Shown here piece by piece: positions 10,098-21,163 of a stretch of 45,841 nt of DNA. The translations under genes were made by a program, and so were the position numbers. Position 1 is the stretch's first letter. Each line of letters begins with the position of its first letter. The stretch lies in assembly GCA_030589165.1 (NCBI GenBank), contig JAUUWG010000003.1:1-45841 (forward strand), in the 5' to 3' direction. A model generated the notes under the pieces. It saw nothing but the letters and a program-made list of their open reading frames with translations, was not told the origin of the DNA and made no database searches. Source of the stretch: Desulfobacterales bacterium. GTDB taxonomy: Bacteria; Desulfobacterota; Desulfobacteria; Desulfobacterales; JAFDHS01.

Positions 10098-13000
10098 ATG
10101 ACCGTTTTACAGGATACAAAATTGCCGGAAAATATAAATACCTTAAAAAAAATAAAGACCCTTTTACCCAAGGCCCTTCATACGGACAGAATTACCGCAC
10201 ACCGTGAAATCAGCCGGTTAAAGCGTAAACCAGGGTCCCTGTCCGATGAAAAACTAAACGTAAAACTCTCTGACCTTGAAAAACAGCTTAAAACTTCCGC
10301 CCAAAAAAAACTATGGCGGGAAAAGAACCGACCCGAGCCGACCTATAGCTCAAGCCTGCCGATTACGGACCGAAAAGACGAAATCATCGATGCGATTTCA
10401 AACAATCAGGTACTTATCATATCCGGTGAAACAGGGTCCGGAAAGACCACGCAGATACCCAAATTCTGTATTGCCGCAGGAAGGGGGATAGAAGGTAAAA
10501 TCGGCTGCACTCAGCCAAGAAGAATTGCCGCCATTACCGTTGCACAGCGCATCGCAGAGGAACTCGGCGAACAGGTCGGTAAATCCGTCGGCTATAAAAT
10601 CAGGTTTAAAGACAAGACCCGTCATGATTCCTTCATAAAGATCATGACCGACGGTATCCTGCTTGCCGAAACCCAGAACGACAAATATCTGAATAAATAC
10701 GACACCATAATCGTGGATGAAGCCCACGAAAGAAGCCTGAATATCGATTTTATCCTGGGGATCTTAAAGACCCTTCTAAAGAAAAGAAAAGATATCAAGC
10801 TTATCATAACGTCTGCAACCATTGATACGGAAAAATTTTCAAAGGCTTTTGACAACGCCCCTGTCATACAAGTCTCCGGTCGGACATACCCGATTGAGGT
10901 GCGTTATCTTCCCGTGCAGGAAGAAAAAACTCAAACCGAAGAAAATAACGAACAGACCCACGTAAAAATGGCTGTGAGTGCAGTTGAAAAATTGCATCGA
11001 GAGAGTCCCTTTGGCGATATTCTGATCTTCATGCCGACGGAACAGGATATCCGTGAAACCTTGGATCTTCTTGAAGGAAGATCTTTGCAGGGCACGTCCA
11101 TTCTTCCCTTGTATGCACGACTTGGGGCTTCCGAACAGTCAAAGATCTTTTCACGGACGTCGGGAAGAAAAATCATTGTTGCAACCAATGTTGCGGAGAC
11201 TTCAATAACCATACCGGGCATTAAATACGTAATAGACACCGGGCTTGCCCGCATATCCCGGTATACGCCGAGTTCAAGAACCACCTCCCTGCCTGTCGTC
11301 GCCATATCGAAAAGCAGCGCCGACCAGAGAAAAGGGAGATGCGGAAGAGTGGAAAACGGCATCTGTATCCGCCTTTATTCCGAAAAGGATTATGAAGACC
11401 GCCCGCTTTTTACGCCGCCTGAAATTTTAAGGGCCAACCTCGCGGACGTCATTTTGAAAATGACCGCATTGAAACTGGGTGACATATCCGATTTCCCCTT
11501 TATAGACAGACCTGCCTTGAAAAGCATCAAGGACGGATTTACCCTTCTTTCCGAACTCGGAGCCATCATCCCTGGATCCGACCACAAAAAATCAAAAGGC
11601 AGCAGGCATACGACAGGCAAAGCACAGCCCGGTTTTTCTCTGACTGAAAAAGGCAGGGTTATGGCCAAAATCCCCCTTGATCCCAGATTATCCCGGATGC
11701 TCATCGAAGCACAAGAACAAGGATGTATAAAAGAGACGACCGTCATCGCCTCTGCCCTGAGCATTCAGGACCCCCGGGAACGTCCCGCGGAAAAGGCACT
11801 GGAAGCCGACCGGATACACAGCATTTTCAAAGACCCTTTATCTGATTTTATCACGCTGCTCAACCTGTGGAATACCTTTCATGATAACGGTTCCGACAAT
11901 AAAAAAAGAACAACAGGCGATATGAAACGGTTTTGCAAAAAGCATTATCTTTCTTTTAAAAGGATGAAAGAATGGCGCGATATCCATACCCAGATTTGTG
12001 ATGTTTTAAAAGAGTCCGGCATATCGAACAAAAAGCAGCAGGCAAACGGTCCCATACCCGATTTAAAACCCGGTGAATTTAGTCCGCTTTATGCTTCAAT
12101 ACACAAATCGATTTTAAGCGGTTTTCTTTCCAATATCGCGGTAAAAAAGGAAAAAAATATTTTCAAGGCCGCAAAAGGCAAAGAGGTGATGATCTTTCCG
12201 GGATCAGCCCTGTTCAACCGTGCCGGAACATGGATCGTTGCCGCTGAAATGGTCGAAACATCACGACTCTTTGCCAGAACTGCAGCAACTATAGATAATC
12301 GGTGGCTGGAAGACTCAGGAAAACTTCAGTGCAAATATACCTATATGGATCCTCACTGGGAGAAAAACAGGGGCGAGGTCGTCGCTTTCGAGCAGGTAAG
12401 CCTTTACGGCCTTATCATCATCCCCAAGAGATCCGTCTCCTACGGCAGAATCGATCCTGACCATGCGTCTGAATTTTTTATCCGAAGCGCTCTTGTTGAA
12501 GGTGATGTAAAGCATCCGTTTTCATTTATGAAACATAATCAAAAACTCATCGATGATATAATAAAAATGGAAGACAAGATCAGAAGAAGGGATATTCTTG
12601 TCAGCGATGAGGATATGTTTGAGTTTTACAGGCAGAAGCTGGACTCGATTTACTACGATATCAGAACCCTTAGAAAGCTCTTGAAGGACAAAGGAAATGA
12701 CCGGTTCTTACGGATGGAACCAAAGGACCTGATACGATATTTCCCGGATAAAGAAGATCTCTCCTTGTTCCCCGATGAAATTAATCACGGAAATACAAGA
12801 TTTGAATATACCTACAATTTTGAACCCGGCAAAAAAAATGACGGCATAACCATTAAAGTCCCGGTGGGTGAGGCATCCATGGTTCCGTCGGCATCTTTAG
12901 ACTGGCTTGTACCCGGACTTTACGAGGAAAAAATAACCGCCCTTATAAAGGGGCTCCCCAAAAAATACAGAAAAGAGCTTGTTCCCGTGGCAAAAAGTGT

Positions 13001-14159
13001 CGCTATCATTACAAAAGAGATGCCCAAGACAAATACCGGTCTTCTTTCAGCGCTCGGAAAATTCATTTATAACCGATTTGGTTTGGACATACCCGCCTCA
13101 GCGTGGTCTGATCATCTTTTGCCGGACCACCTGAAAATGCGTATATCGATTACAGACCCCAAAGGCAAAGAACTGGTTTCCGGCAGAGACAAAACGATTT
13201 TAAAACAGAATATTTCAAACAAGGTCAACCTCAACGAATTGGAAGCCGCTAAAAAGAAATGGGAAAGAACCGGTTTAACCCGCTGGGACTTCCCGGATCT
13301 TCCGGAGGCGATCAACATCAGTGGAAGCAGCAGTGAAAAATGGACGGTTTATCCCGGCCTGGAAAAAGATGCCAGTGGTAACCCAAGCGTAAATCTGCGC
13401 CTTTTTGAAAACAGGGAGAAAGCAATAACTTCCCACAAAGACGGCATTTGTGAACTCTTTACCATCCATTTTTCAAAGGATTTAAAATTTTTAAAAAAGA
13501 ACCTGGTTCTACCCAAAACGATGGCGCATCACGCCGATTATTTCGGCAGTGCAAAGCGGTTTGAACAGAAGCTTTTCCAAAGTGTAATCAGCCGCCTTTT
13601 TTACAGCAACATAAGGTCGAAAAATGGTTTTTATACCCATGCCGAGTCCATGAAAACCGAAATTTTTAAAACCGGAGAGGAAAGATTAAGCAAGGCATGC
13701 GATCTTCTTAAGGCTTATCATAAAACAAGGTCTGCTTTTTACAAACTGGAAACCACAAACAGACACAACGGTACTCTCATACAATTTGTCAATACATTAA
13801 GACAAGAACTCTCAAGTCTTGTACCTGAAACTTTTATAACGCTTTACGATACAAACAAACTTATCCACCTGGTAAGATATATAAAAACAATCGGTCTGCG
13901 TGCACAAAGAGGTGTTGTAAACTTTGAAAAAGATCAGACAAAGGCAAGACAGATCAATGTCTTTAATGACAAATTGAATGAAATGCTCAAAGGACTTTCA
14001 GCTTCAGCATCAGAAGAAAAGCGTAAAGCGGTCGAAGAATTCTTCTGGCTGATTGAAGAATACAAGGTATCTCTTTTTGCCCAGGAGCTTAAAACCCCTT
14101 TTCGTGTTTCGTACAAAAGGCTTTATGAAAGATTAAGTGATATCGAAAGAATGGTATAA
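10098..14159 (+). CDS. hrpA: ATP-dependent RNA helicase HrpA
   Basis: GETGSGKTTQIP, TQPRRIAA, DEAH, SAT, ATNVAETSITIPG, QRKGRCGR, C-terminal EEYKVSLFAQEL. The start is uncertain (ATG at 10098 or TTG at 10068). Confidence 0.96.
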   Translation: MTVLQDTKLPENINTLKKIKTLLPKALHTDRITAHREISRLKRKPGSLSDEKLNVKLSDLEKQLKTSAQKKLWREKNRPEPTYSSSLPITDRKDEIIDAISNNQVLIISGETGSGKTTQIPKFCIAAGRGIEGKIGCTQPRRIAAITVAQRIAEELGEQVGKSVGYKIRFKDKTRHDSFIKIMTDGILLAETQNDKYLNKYDTIIVDEAHERSLNIDFILGILKTLLKKRKDIKLIITSATIDTEKFSKAFDNAPVIQVSGRTYPIEVRYLPVQEEKTQTEENNEQTHVKMAVSAVEKLHRESPFGDILIFMPTEQDIRETLDLLEGRSLQGTSILPLYARLGASEQSKIFSRTSGRKIIVATNVAETSITIPGIKYVIDTGLARISRYTPSSRTTSLPVVAISKSSADQRKGRCGRVENGICIRLYSEKDYEDRPLFTPPEILRANLADVILKMTALKLGDISDFPFIDRPALKSIKDGFTLLSELGAIIPGSDHKKSKGSRHTTGKAQPGFSLTEKGRVMAKIPLDPRLSRMLIEAQEQGCIKETTVIASALSIQDPRERPAEKALEADRIHSIFKDPLSDFITLLNLWNTFHDNGSDNKKRTTGDMKRFCKKHYLSFKRMKEWRDIHTQICDVLKESGISNKKQQANGPIPDLKPGEFSPLYASIHKSILSGFLSNIAVKKEKNIFKAAKGKEVMIFPGSALFNRAGTWIVAAEMVETSRLFARTAATIDNRWLEDSGKLQCKYTYMDPHWEKNRGEVVAFEQVSLYGLIIIPKRSVSYGRIDPDHASEFFIRSALVEGDVKHPFSFMKHNQKLIDDIIKMEDKIRRRDILVSDEDMFEFYRQKLDSIYYDIRTLRKLLKDKGNDRFLRMEPKDLIRYFPDKEDLSLFPDEINHGNTRFEYTYNFEPGKKNDGITIKVPVGEASMVPSASLDWLVPGLYEEKITALIKGLPKKYRKELVPVAKSVAIITKEMPKTNTGLLSALGKFIYNRFGLDIPASAWSDHLLPDHLKMRISITDPKGKELVSGRDKTILKQNISNKVNLNELEAAKKKWERTGLTRWDFPDLPEAINISGSSSEKWTVYPGLEKDASGNPSVNLRLFENREKAITSHKDGICELFTIHFSKDLKFLKKNLVLPKTMAHHADYFGSAKRFEQKLFQSVISRLFYSNIRSKNGFYTHAESMKTEIFKTGEERLSKACDLLKAYHKTRSAFYKLETTNRHNGTLIQFVNTLRQELSSLVPETFITLYDTNKLIHLVRYIKTIGLRAQRGVVNFEKDQTKARQINVFNDKLNEMLKGLSASASEEKRKAVEEFFWLIEEYKVSLFAQELKTPFRVSYKRLYERLSDIERMV

Positions 14160-14300
14160 AATATCCAAGTTGCAACAAGATAAAAAATTTGTTAGATTTT
14201 AAATAAATTCAAAAACAGTTTGCTTTCAGTTTCATTGTAAAAAATCCTGAAGACGATATTGACAATCTCGTCAAAAATCATCAATATTCGGAGGTTTATC

Positions 14301-16655
14301 ATGAACAAAGAGCAACCGTCCAAGGATTTAATCCCTGAAAAAATTTCAAAAATAGTTCCCATTCTTCCCTTGTTTGACATCATCCTTTTCCCGAAGATGG
14401 TTTTACCCCTTGTCGTCATGCAAGGCGAATCCATAAAGATGATCGACGAAGTCATGTCCAAAGATCGTGTTTTGGGATTCCTTGCAGCCAAGAATTTGGA
14501 ATCAAAAAAAAACTACAAACCTGAAGATTTATATACCGTCGGCACAACCGGAACGATCCTCAAAATGGCAAAGAACAAAGATGATGTAACACAGCTGATA
14601 GTACAAGGTTTAAAGCGATTCAAGATTAAGGATTTTATAGAGGAGAAGCCTTATCTCCGGGCACGAGTGGAAATTATCAAGGACAAAGGGGGGAAAGACA
14701 AAGAAACAGAAGCGCTGATGACCAACATTCTCGTCTTGTATAACAAGATCGTCAAATTTTCTCCTGATCTTCCCCAGACCATCGGCTCTGTGGCAAAATC
14801 GATTGAAGACCCCGGCATGCTGGCCGATATGATTGCCAGCACCATTAACTCCACGGTTGAAGAGAAACAAAAAATCCTGGAAATTCACGATGTAAAAGAA
14901 CGATTAAAAGAGGCCACCAGACTGGTAAACTATCAGATGGAAATCCTTGAAATCGGACATAAGATACAGGCCCAGGTCAAGGGAAAGATAGATAAAAAAC
15001 AGAGAGAATACTACCTCCGCCAGCAGTTGGAGGCGATCAAAAAAGAACTGGGGGAACAGGAAGAACCCGATCTTGAAGTAGAAGAATACAGAAAAGAAAT
15101 AGAAGCAAAAAAACTTCCTCAAGAAGCCCAAAAAGAGGCCGAGCGGGAACTGAATCGCCTTTCCCGCATGCATCCGGATACTTCGGAATACATGGTGGCA
15201 TCAACATATCTGGACTGGATAATATCCCTTCCCTGGAATAAAAGCACAAAAGATACACTTAATCTAAAAAAGGCGAGAAAAATTTTAAATGAAGACCATT
15301 TCGGGCTGGAAAAAGTAAAACAGCGTATCATCGAATACCTTGCGGTACGCAAGCTCAAACCGGATTCGAAGGGCCCTATCCTATGCTTTGCAGGCCCCCC
15401 GGGCACAGGGAAAACCTCCTTGGGACGCTCCATCGCCAAAGCTTTAGGACGCAAGTTTTTCCGTATTTCTTTGGGCGGTGTAAAGGATGAAGCTGAAATA
15501 AGAGGGCATCGCCGCACCTATGTCGGAGCGCTTCCCGGGCGAATTATTCAAGCCATCAGACGAGTCGAATCAAACAATCCGGTCTTTATGTTAGATGAAA
15601 TAGACAAGATTGGAAGCGATTTTCGCGGTGATCCATCAGCGGCACTGCTGGAAGTTCTTGATCCGGAGCAAAACCATTCGTTTTCAGATCATTATCTGGA
15701 TGTTCCCTTTGACCTCTCCAAAGTCATGTTTATCATGACGGCGAATATTCTCGATACCATACCTCCGGCGTTGCAGGACAGAATGGAAGTATTGAAACTT
15801 TTAGGGTATACGGAAGACGAAAAGATTAAAATTGCAACCCGCTATCTGATCCCTCGCCAACGAAAAGCCCACGGCCTGAAAAAAGATCAAATCTCTTTTA
15901 CAAAAGGCACCGTAAAGCGTATAATTTCCGGCTATACCAGAGAAGCCGGTCTTAGAAACCTGGAGCGGGAGATTGAAGCCATATGCCGGGGGGTTGCAAG
16001 CAAAATAGTGGAAGGGGAAATCGATTCCACAACAATCAAGGTAATAAACGTCTCCAAATATCTTGGACCCATACGCTTTGATACCCAGGTAAAAACAAGA
16101 GCTTTGACCCCGGGACTGGCCATAGGGCTTGCATGGACACAGACGGGAGGTGATATCCTGTTTGTTGAAGCAACAGCTATGAAAGGGAGAAAAGGCCTTA
16201 TCTTAACAGGTCAACTCGGTGATGTTATGAAAGAGTCCGCAACCGCAGCTTTAAGTTATATTCGGGCAAATGCCCCTTCCCTGGGAATCCCCGAAGATTT
16301 TTTCGAGTCGCACGATATACACATCCATGTTCCTGCAGGTGCCATACCCAAGGACGGACCTTCCGCCGGCGTAACCATGCTTACCTCCCTTGTCTCTCTT
16401 CTGACAAAGCAAACGCCCCAAAACGATCTTGCCATGACCGGTGAAATAACTTTAAGGGGAGACGTTCTTCCCGTTGGGGGCATAAAAGAAAAAGTTTTAG
16501 CTGCCCATCGCGCGGGAATAAAAACGATTATTCTACCCCAGTGGAACAAAAAGGATTTAGAGGGTATCCCCAAAAAAGTTCAAAAAACAATCAAATTCCA
16601 TTTCGTCAACAAAATGATGGATGTTTTAAAAATCGCACTTTTAAAAGCACCGTGA
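14301..16655 (+). CDS. lon: ATP-dependent Lon protease (LonA)
   Basis: LON N-domain, Walker A GPPGTGKT, Walker B MLDEIDK, catalytic KDGPSAG and GGIKEK. GGAGG RBS precedes the ATG at 14301. Confidence 0.97.
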   Translation: MNKEQPSKDLIPEKISKIVPILPLFDIILFPKMVLPLVVMQGESIKMIDEVMSKDRVLGFLAAKNLESKKNYKPEDLYTVGTTGTILKMAKNKDDVTQLIVQGLKRFKIKDFIEEKPYLRARVEIIKDKGGKDKETEALMTNILVLYNKIVKFSPDLPQTIGSVAKSIEDPGMLADMIASTINSTVEEKQKILEIHDVKERLKEATRLVNYQMEILEIGHKIQAQVKGKIDKKQREYYLRQQLEAIKKELGEQEEPDLEVEEYRKEIEAKKLPQEAQKEAERELNRLSRMHPDTSEYMVASTYLDWIISLPWNKSTKDTLNLKKARKILNEDHFGLEKVKQRIIEYLAVRKLKPDSKGPILCFAGPPGTGKTSLGRSIAKALGRKFFRISLGGVKDEAEIRGHRRTYVGALPGRIIQAIRRVESNNPVFMLDEIDKIGSDFRGDPSAALLEVLDPEQNHSFSDHYLDVPFDLSKVMFIMTANILDTIPPALQDRMEVLKLLGYTEDEKIKIATRYLIPRQRKAHGLKKDQISFTKGTVKRIISGYTREAGLRNLEREIEAICRGVASKIVEGEIDSTTIKVINVSKYLGPIRFDTQVKTRALTPGLAIGLAWTQTGGDILFVEATAMKGRKGLILTGQLGDVMKESATAALSYIRANAPSLGIPEDFFESHDIHIHVPAGAIPKDGPSAGVTMLTSLVSLLTKQTPQNDLAMTGEITLRGDVLPVGGIKEKVLAAHRAGIKTIILPQWNKKDLEGIPKKVQKTIKFHFVNKMMDVLKIALLKAP

Positions 16656-16665
16656 TCAATTATTT

Positions 16666-17433
16666 ATGAATCTCTGCCTGACTAAAAAAACCGCTCTTTT
16701 ATTTTTTAAAATTCATTTTATTTGCATCCTGTTGGCGGTTTTTAATTCCGGATGCTCAACATCCGAACCGCCTTACACCCCTCCTGGGCATCCCAAACCT
16801 TATAAAGTTATGGGGAAATATTACCAACCCCTAGCGCATGCAGGAGGCTTTCGTCAGCAAGGGAAAGCCTCCTGGTACGGTAAAAAATTCCACGGCAGAA
16901 AAACTGCAAACGGTGAAATTTATAACATGTATGCAATGACTGCCGCCCATAAAACATTGCCTCTCGGTACCCGTGTCAAAGTTCATAATATGAATAACAA
17001 TAAGGAGATCGTGGTCAGAATCAACGACCGGGGTCCTTTTGTTCGCGGAAGGATTATTGATCTTTCCTATACAGCGGCAAAAAAAATCGGAATCGTCGGT
17101 CCCGGCACCGCTCCGGTAAAAATTGTTGCCATAGATGACCCTTCAAAGTCTGAAACCCAAAATCGGAGCGGCCATAAATATGCATCTATAGACTATTATA
17201 CCGGCAATTTTACCTTTCAGGTCGGTGCCTTTGAAAATAGAAAAAATGCAGAAGAGCTTAAAACCAAGCTTGCCCTGAAATACAAAAATGTACACATAAA
17301 ACCCTATAAAAACGGATACAATATTTTGTACCGGGTACGCATAGGCAAATGTTCAACGCTGAAGGATGCCATCCGGTATGAAAAAATGCTGGCTCAGGAC
17401 GGAATTCACAATGCCTTTATCGTTGCGGAATAG
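16666..17433 (+). CDS. rlpA: Septal ring lytic transglycosylase RlpA family lipoprotein with SPOR domain
   Basis: Lipobox-like NSGC, ASWYG..FHGRKTANGE, TAAHKTLP, RINDRGPF, C-terminal QVGAF SPOR motif. Confidence 0.94.
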   Translation: MNLCLTKKTALLFFKIHFICILLAVFNSGCSTSEPPYTPPGHPKPYKVMGKYYQPLAHAGGFRQQGKASWYGKKFHGRKTANGEIYNMYAMTAAHKTLPLGTRVKVHNMNNNKEIVVRINDRGPFVRGRIIDLSYTAAKKIGIVGPGTAPVKIVAIDDPSKSETQNRSGHKYASIDYYTGNFTFQVGAFENRKNAEELKTKLALKYKNVHIKPYKNGYNILYRVRIGKCSTLKDAIRYEKMLAQDGIHNAFIVAE

Positions 17434-17447
17434 AAAGTAAACCAAAC

Positions 17448-18005
17448 ATGCCGAAAAAAGTTGTTTTCCTGGACAGAGATGGCGTTATAAACAAAGATTC
17501 TCCAAATTATATTAAGACTTGGGCCGAATTTGAGTTTATTTCCGGAAGTATCGATGCGATTCAAAATCTTACGTCAAACGGATTTGACACCATCGTAATT
17601 ACCAATCAATCGGTTATCAACCGAAAAATGACAGCTTTGTTCGAGCTTGAATATATTTTTTCCATGTTGAAAAAATCAATCCAATCCAAAGGAGGGCGGA
17701 TAAAGGATATTTTTTACTGCCCCCATACCCCTGAAGATAATTGCGACTGCCGTAAACCAAAACCAGGACTGATTTATCAGGCGCAAAAAAGATATAATAT
17801 TGACCTTTCAGCCTCTTGCATGGTAGGCGACAGTGCAAAAGACATTGAATGCGCCCAAAATGCCGGATGCGGATATGCCGTACTGGTCAAAACCGGAAAC
17901 AGAATAGAGGCCGAAAAAATACTGGCTGCAAAAAACCTCTTTCCCGACCATGTGGCTGAAAATCTTTATGAAGCAGTCAACTGGATTATTAAACAGAAAA
18001 AGTGA
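17448..18005 (+). CDS. gmhB: D-glycero-D-manno-heptose 1,7-bisphosphate phosphatase
   Basis: FLDRDGVIN, TNQS, YCPH....CDCRKPKPG, VGD. Confidence 0.93.
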   Translation: MPKKVVFLDRDGVINKDSPNYIKTWAEFEFISGSIDAIQNLTSNGFDTIVITNQSVINRKMTALFELEYIFSMLKKSIQSKGGRIKDIFYCPHTPEDNCDCRKPKPGLIYQAQKRYNIDLSASCMVGDSAKDIECAQNAGCGYAVLVKTGNRIEAEKILAAKNLFPDHVAENLYEAVNWIIKQKK

Positions 18006-18026
18006 GCTAAAGTCTTGTCATTGAGT

Positions 18027-20195
18027 ATGATAACCCTTAAAGGACACCTGGAAAGCATCACCTATTACAACGAAGAAAACCATTATACCATCGCAAAATT
18101 AAGGATGCGAAATACGAAGACGCCTGTGACCGTTGTTGGTTACATGGCCGAAGCCATGCCGGGCGAAACCCTTAAAATCCAAGGTTCATGGGAAACTCAC
18201 TCCAAATACGGCCGGCAATTTAAAATCGATTCCTTTGAAATCACCCTGCCTTCAACGGTTGACGGTATAAAAAAATACTTGAAATCCGGAATTATCAAGG
18301 GCATCGGCCCTAAAACGGCCGATAGAATGGTCACCCGCTTTAAAGAAAAGACCCTTGAAATTATAGAAGACGATCCCAAAAGACTCCTTGAAATAGAAGG
18401 CATCGGTAAGGCAACGGCGACCCGAATATCCAAAGCATGGAAAGGACATCATGCAGTAAAAAATCTCATGCAGTTCTTGCAGGAATACGGGCTCAATGCC
18501 TCATACAGCGCAAAAATATTCCAGGAATATGGCCGGAACGCCGTCAACATCATCAGCAGCGATCCTTTCCGCCTGGCCAACGACATTCCCGGAGCAGGTT
18601 TTTATATTGCCGATACCATCGCACTAAAGTCGGGAACCCCTAAAAACGAACCTCAAAGGGTCAAGGCCTGCCTTATACATCTGACACAGCAATCTTCCAA
18701 TGACGGTCACATCTTTATTTATGAACAAGAACTTTTAAAGCGTTGCACAAATCTTTTCCAGGTTGATCCGAATACAGCCAAAGATGCATTGAATGCGCTT
18801 GCCGGTTCAGGGCAGATCGTCATTGAAACACTCACATCGGATCAGGGTGCCCGTGTTGTTTACCCCAAAATTCTTCATGAAGCAGAAACCGGTGTTGCAA
18901 ACAGGCTTAAAGCGCTTTTATCGGTTCCGGTTACCTCTCCTGGTATCGATCCTGAACATATTACCGCGGAAGTTCTGAAAAAACTTGCCATCAAGCTTTC
19001 TTCCGAACAACTCAAAGTACTCGACAAAATTCTTTCCCACCGGGTTGCCATCATCACCGGAGGCCCCGGAACAGGAAAAACAACCCTTATAAGATCCGTA
19101 AATGCCGTTTTTGAAGCCTTTGGAAAAGATATTCTTTTGGCCGCCCCAACCGGCCGGGCCGCCAGACGTCTTTCAGAGGTTACCCTTAGAAAGGCGGCGA
19201 CCATTCACAAACTTTTGGGATACAATCTGACAACCGAAGCCTTTGAGAAGAATCAGGACAACCCCCTTGATGCGGATGCGGTGATCATCGATGAGGCATC
19301 CATGGTGGATACCTCTTTAATGTTTCATCTGCTTAAAGCCGTTCCCATGACTTCGGTGCTGATCATCGTCGGTGATGCCTTCCAGCTTCCTTCCGTGGGT
19401 CCCGGCAACGTTCTTTCCGACATGATCGAATCGGGTGTAATTCCCGTCTTTTATCTTAAAAAAATATACCGGCAGGCCCAGGAAAGCCCCATTGTCGTCA
19501 ATGCACATATGGTCCGCAGGGGTGAATTCCCCATGTTGGAGAGGCCTGATAAGCACAAAGGCCTGTCTGAATTTTACTTTATCGAACAAAGCAATCCCCA
19601 TCAGGTTGTTGAAACCATCGTCGAATTATGCACCAATAGAATCCCGAAAAGATTCAACCTTGATCCGGTAAAGGAAATTCAGGTCTTAACGCCCATGCAC
19701 AAGGGAGAGGTCGGCGTCATCAACCTGAACCAGGTCCTTCAAAAGGTTTTGAATACCAGCCCGGTTTTAATGGAAAGTATGGGCAACACCTTCAAACAAG
19801 GCGACAAGGTCATGCACTTGAAAAACAACTATCAAAAAGAGGTTTTCAACGGCGATATCGGAACCATCCGTTCCATAGACAAAGCAGAAAGTCAGCTTTC
19901 GGTAGACTATTACGGACGGACGGTAAAGTATAATTTTGATGAATTAAATGAAATCTCACCGGCATACGCCATATCGGTCCACAAATCACAGGGATCGGAA
20001 TATCCGGCCGTAATTGTTCCCATAATGACCCAGCATTTCGTGCTCCTCCAACGAAACCTGCTATACACGGCAATGACGCGGGGCAAAGAGCTGGTGATCC
20101 TCATCGGTACCCGAAAAGCGCTCAACATCGCTCTGAAAAATGATAAGCCCCGGCAACGTCTCTCCAGCCTGGCAGACAGGCTTAAGGCAAGGTAA
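18027..20195 (+). CDS. recD2: ATP-dependent RecD-like DNA helicase (RecD2)
   Basis: N-terminal OB/HhH region (KGIGPKTA), GGPGTGKTT, APTGRAA, DEASM, QLPSVGPG, HKSQGSEY, YTAMTR. Start is ATG 18027 or TTG 18015. Confidence 0.94.
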   Translation: MITLKGHLESITYYNEENHYTIAKLRMRNTKTPVTVVGYMAEAMPGETLKIQGSWETHSKYGRQFKIDSFEITLPSTVDGIKKYLKSGIIKGIGPKTADRMVTRFKEKTLEIIEDDPKRLLEIEGIGKATATRISKAWKGHHAVKNLMQFLQEYGLNASYSAKIFQEYGRNAVNIISSDPFRLANDIPGAGFYIADTIALKSGTPKNEPQRVKACLIHLTQQSSNDGHIFIYEQELLKRCTNLFQVDPNTAKDALNALAGSGQIVIETLTSDQGARVVYPKILHEAETGVANRLKALLSVPVTSPGIDPEHITAEVLKKLAIKLSSEQLKVLDKILSHRVAIITGGPGTGKTTLIRSVNAVFEAFGKDILLAAPTGRAARRLSEVTLRKAATIHKLLGYNLTTEAFEKNQDNPLDADAVIIDEASMVDTSLMFHLLKAVPMTSVLIIVGDAFQLPSVGPGNVLSDMIESGVIPVFYLKKIYRQAQESPIVVNAHMVRRGEFPMLERPDKHKGLSEFYFIEQSNPHQVVETIVELCTNRIPKRFNLDPVKEIQVLTPMHKGEVGVINLNQVLQKVLNTSPVLMESMGNTFKQGDKVMHLKNNYQKEVFNGDIGTIRSIDKAESQLSVDYYGRTVKYNFDELNEISPAYAISVHKSQGSEYPAVIVPIMTQHFVLLQRNLLYTAMTRGKELVILIGTRKALNIALKNDKPRQRLSSLADRLKAR

Positions 20196-20254
20196 CAGAA
20201 ATTGGTTTTTAATAACGGCCTGACATAGAAACATTTCCTATCCGACATTCCACC

Positions 20255-20923
20255 CTACGATCTGCATCTGATTTTTTGGATTATCTCGTATATTATTTCT
20301 GCGGTGATACCCCAAACAGGCGTCTCCCGGGTCCTGTAAACCAATATCCGGTGATGCCTGAAACCCCAGGATTCAGCATACCTTTCAGGTAAATTCAGCG
20401 CTTCGGTCGGCAGCAAAACCACTTTTTCGCCGTTTTGATCCGTATATGAAGATTGGATTTCCGATCTCACCTGATATCGTTCCGGTTCATTGCGTTCAAA
20501 ATAAGATACCGGTAAAACAAAAAGCTTTTCAACCTCATTTTTTTGGGGGATTAATTCATCCGGACTTTCGATTTCAAGCGTCGCGATAAATGCGTCTACC
20601 GTTGTTCCGATCAAAGCGATGAGCGTATCGAGATGACCGTGAATTTTTATTTTTTCTCTTTTAATCCCGATTTCTTCAACAGTTTCCCGAATAGCGGTCT
20701 CTTTATAGGTCAAATCACATTTGGGGTCATGCCGGCCTCCCGGAAAACAGATTTCTCCTCCCTGTCGGATATGGGCGGCTCTTTTCTGAAATAAAAAATG
20801 GTATTCACCATCTATCAGAACCAGAGGCACCAATACTACGGAATTAAAGTATTTTTCCTTTCCCTGAATGCCGGGAAATTCAGGTAATTTTTTCTTTAAT
20901 ATATTAAAATCGCCTTGTTTCAT
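20255..20923 (-). CDS. Nudix hydrolase, CoA pyrophosphatase type
   Basis: QGGEICFPGG...ETAIRETVEEIG Nudix box, VWGITA. Confidence 0.9.
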   Translation of the reverse strand: MKQGDFNILKKKLPEFPGIQGKEKYFNSVVLVPLVLIDGEYHFLFQKRAAHIRQGGEICFPGGRHDPKCDLTYKETAIRETVEEIGIKREKIKIHGHLDTLIALIGTTVDAFIATLEIESPDELIPQKNEVEKLFVLPVSYFERNEPERYQVRSEIQSSYTDQNGEKVVLLPTEALNLPERYAESWGFRHHRILVYRTRETPVWGITAEIIYEIIQKIRCRS

Positions 20924-20982
20924 GATTTGATGTTTAATTTATAACTCAATAGACCGGATTGAGTGATCTTTTATAGTTTATT

Positions 20983-21163
20983 CCTAAGCCGGATAAACCG
21001 GAAAAGTGAGCTAAAGTTAATGAGTCGCTTCGCTCCGTCTTTTTTATATAAAATTGATAGAATACCTCACCTTTAGGCACTTTAGCTCACTTTAGATCAC
21101 TTCACACTTTTTTAAATTCAGATTTTTTTGACATAAAAAACACAAAATTCAGAATTAAGAGAC
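20983..21163. repeat. Modular palindromic repeat, copy B, with CCGGATAAACCG and CAGAATTAAGAGAC modules
   Basis: 21001-21113 is close to the reverse complement of copy A (6150-6274). 21132-21166 matches 39709-39743. Confidence 0.8.

Noticed and set aside
14259-14274. TTGAC-N6-GTCAA palindrome upstream of lon as an FNR/CRP-type site
   Set aside because: The spacing differs from the TTGAT-N4-ATCAA consensus, and it may simply be a -35 box or a repeat remnant. A single instance cannot be assigned.
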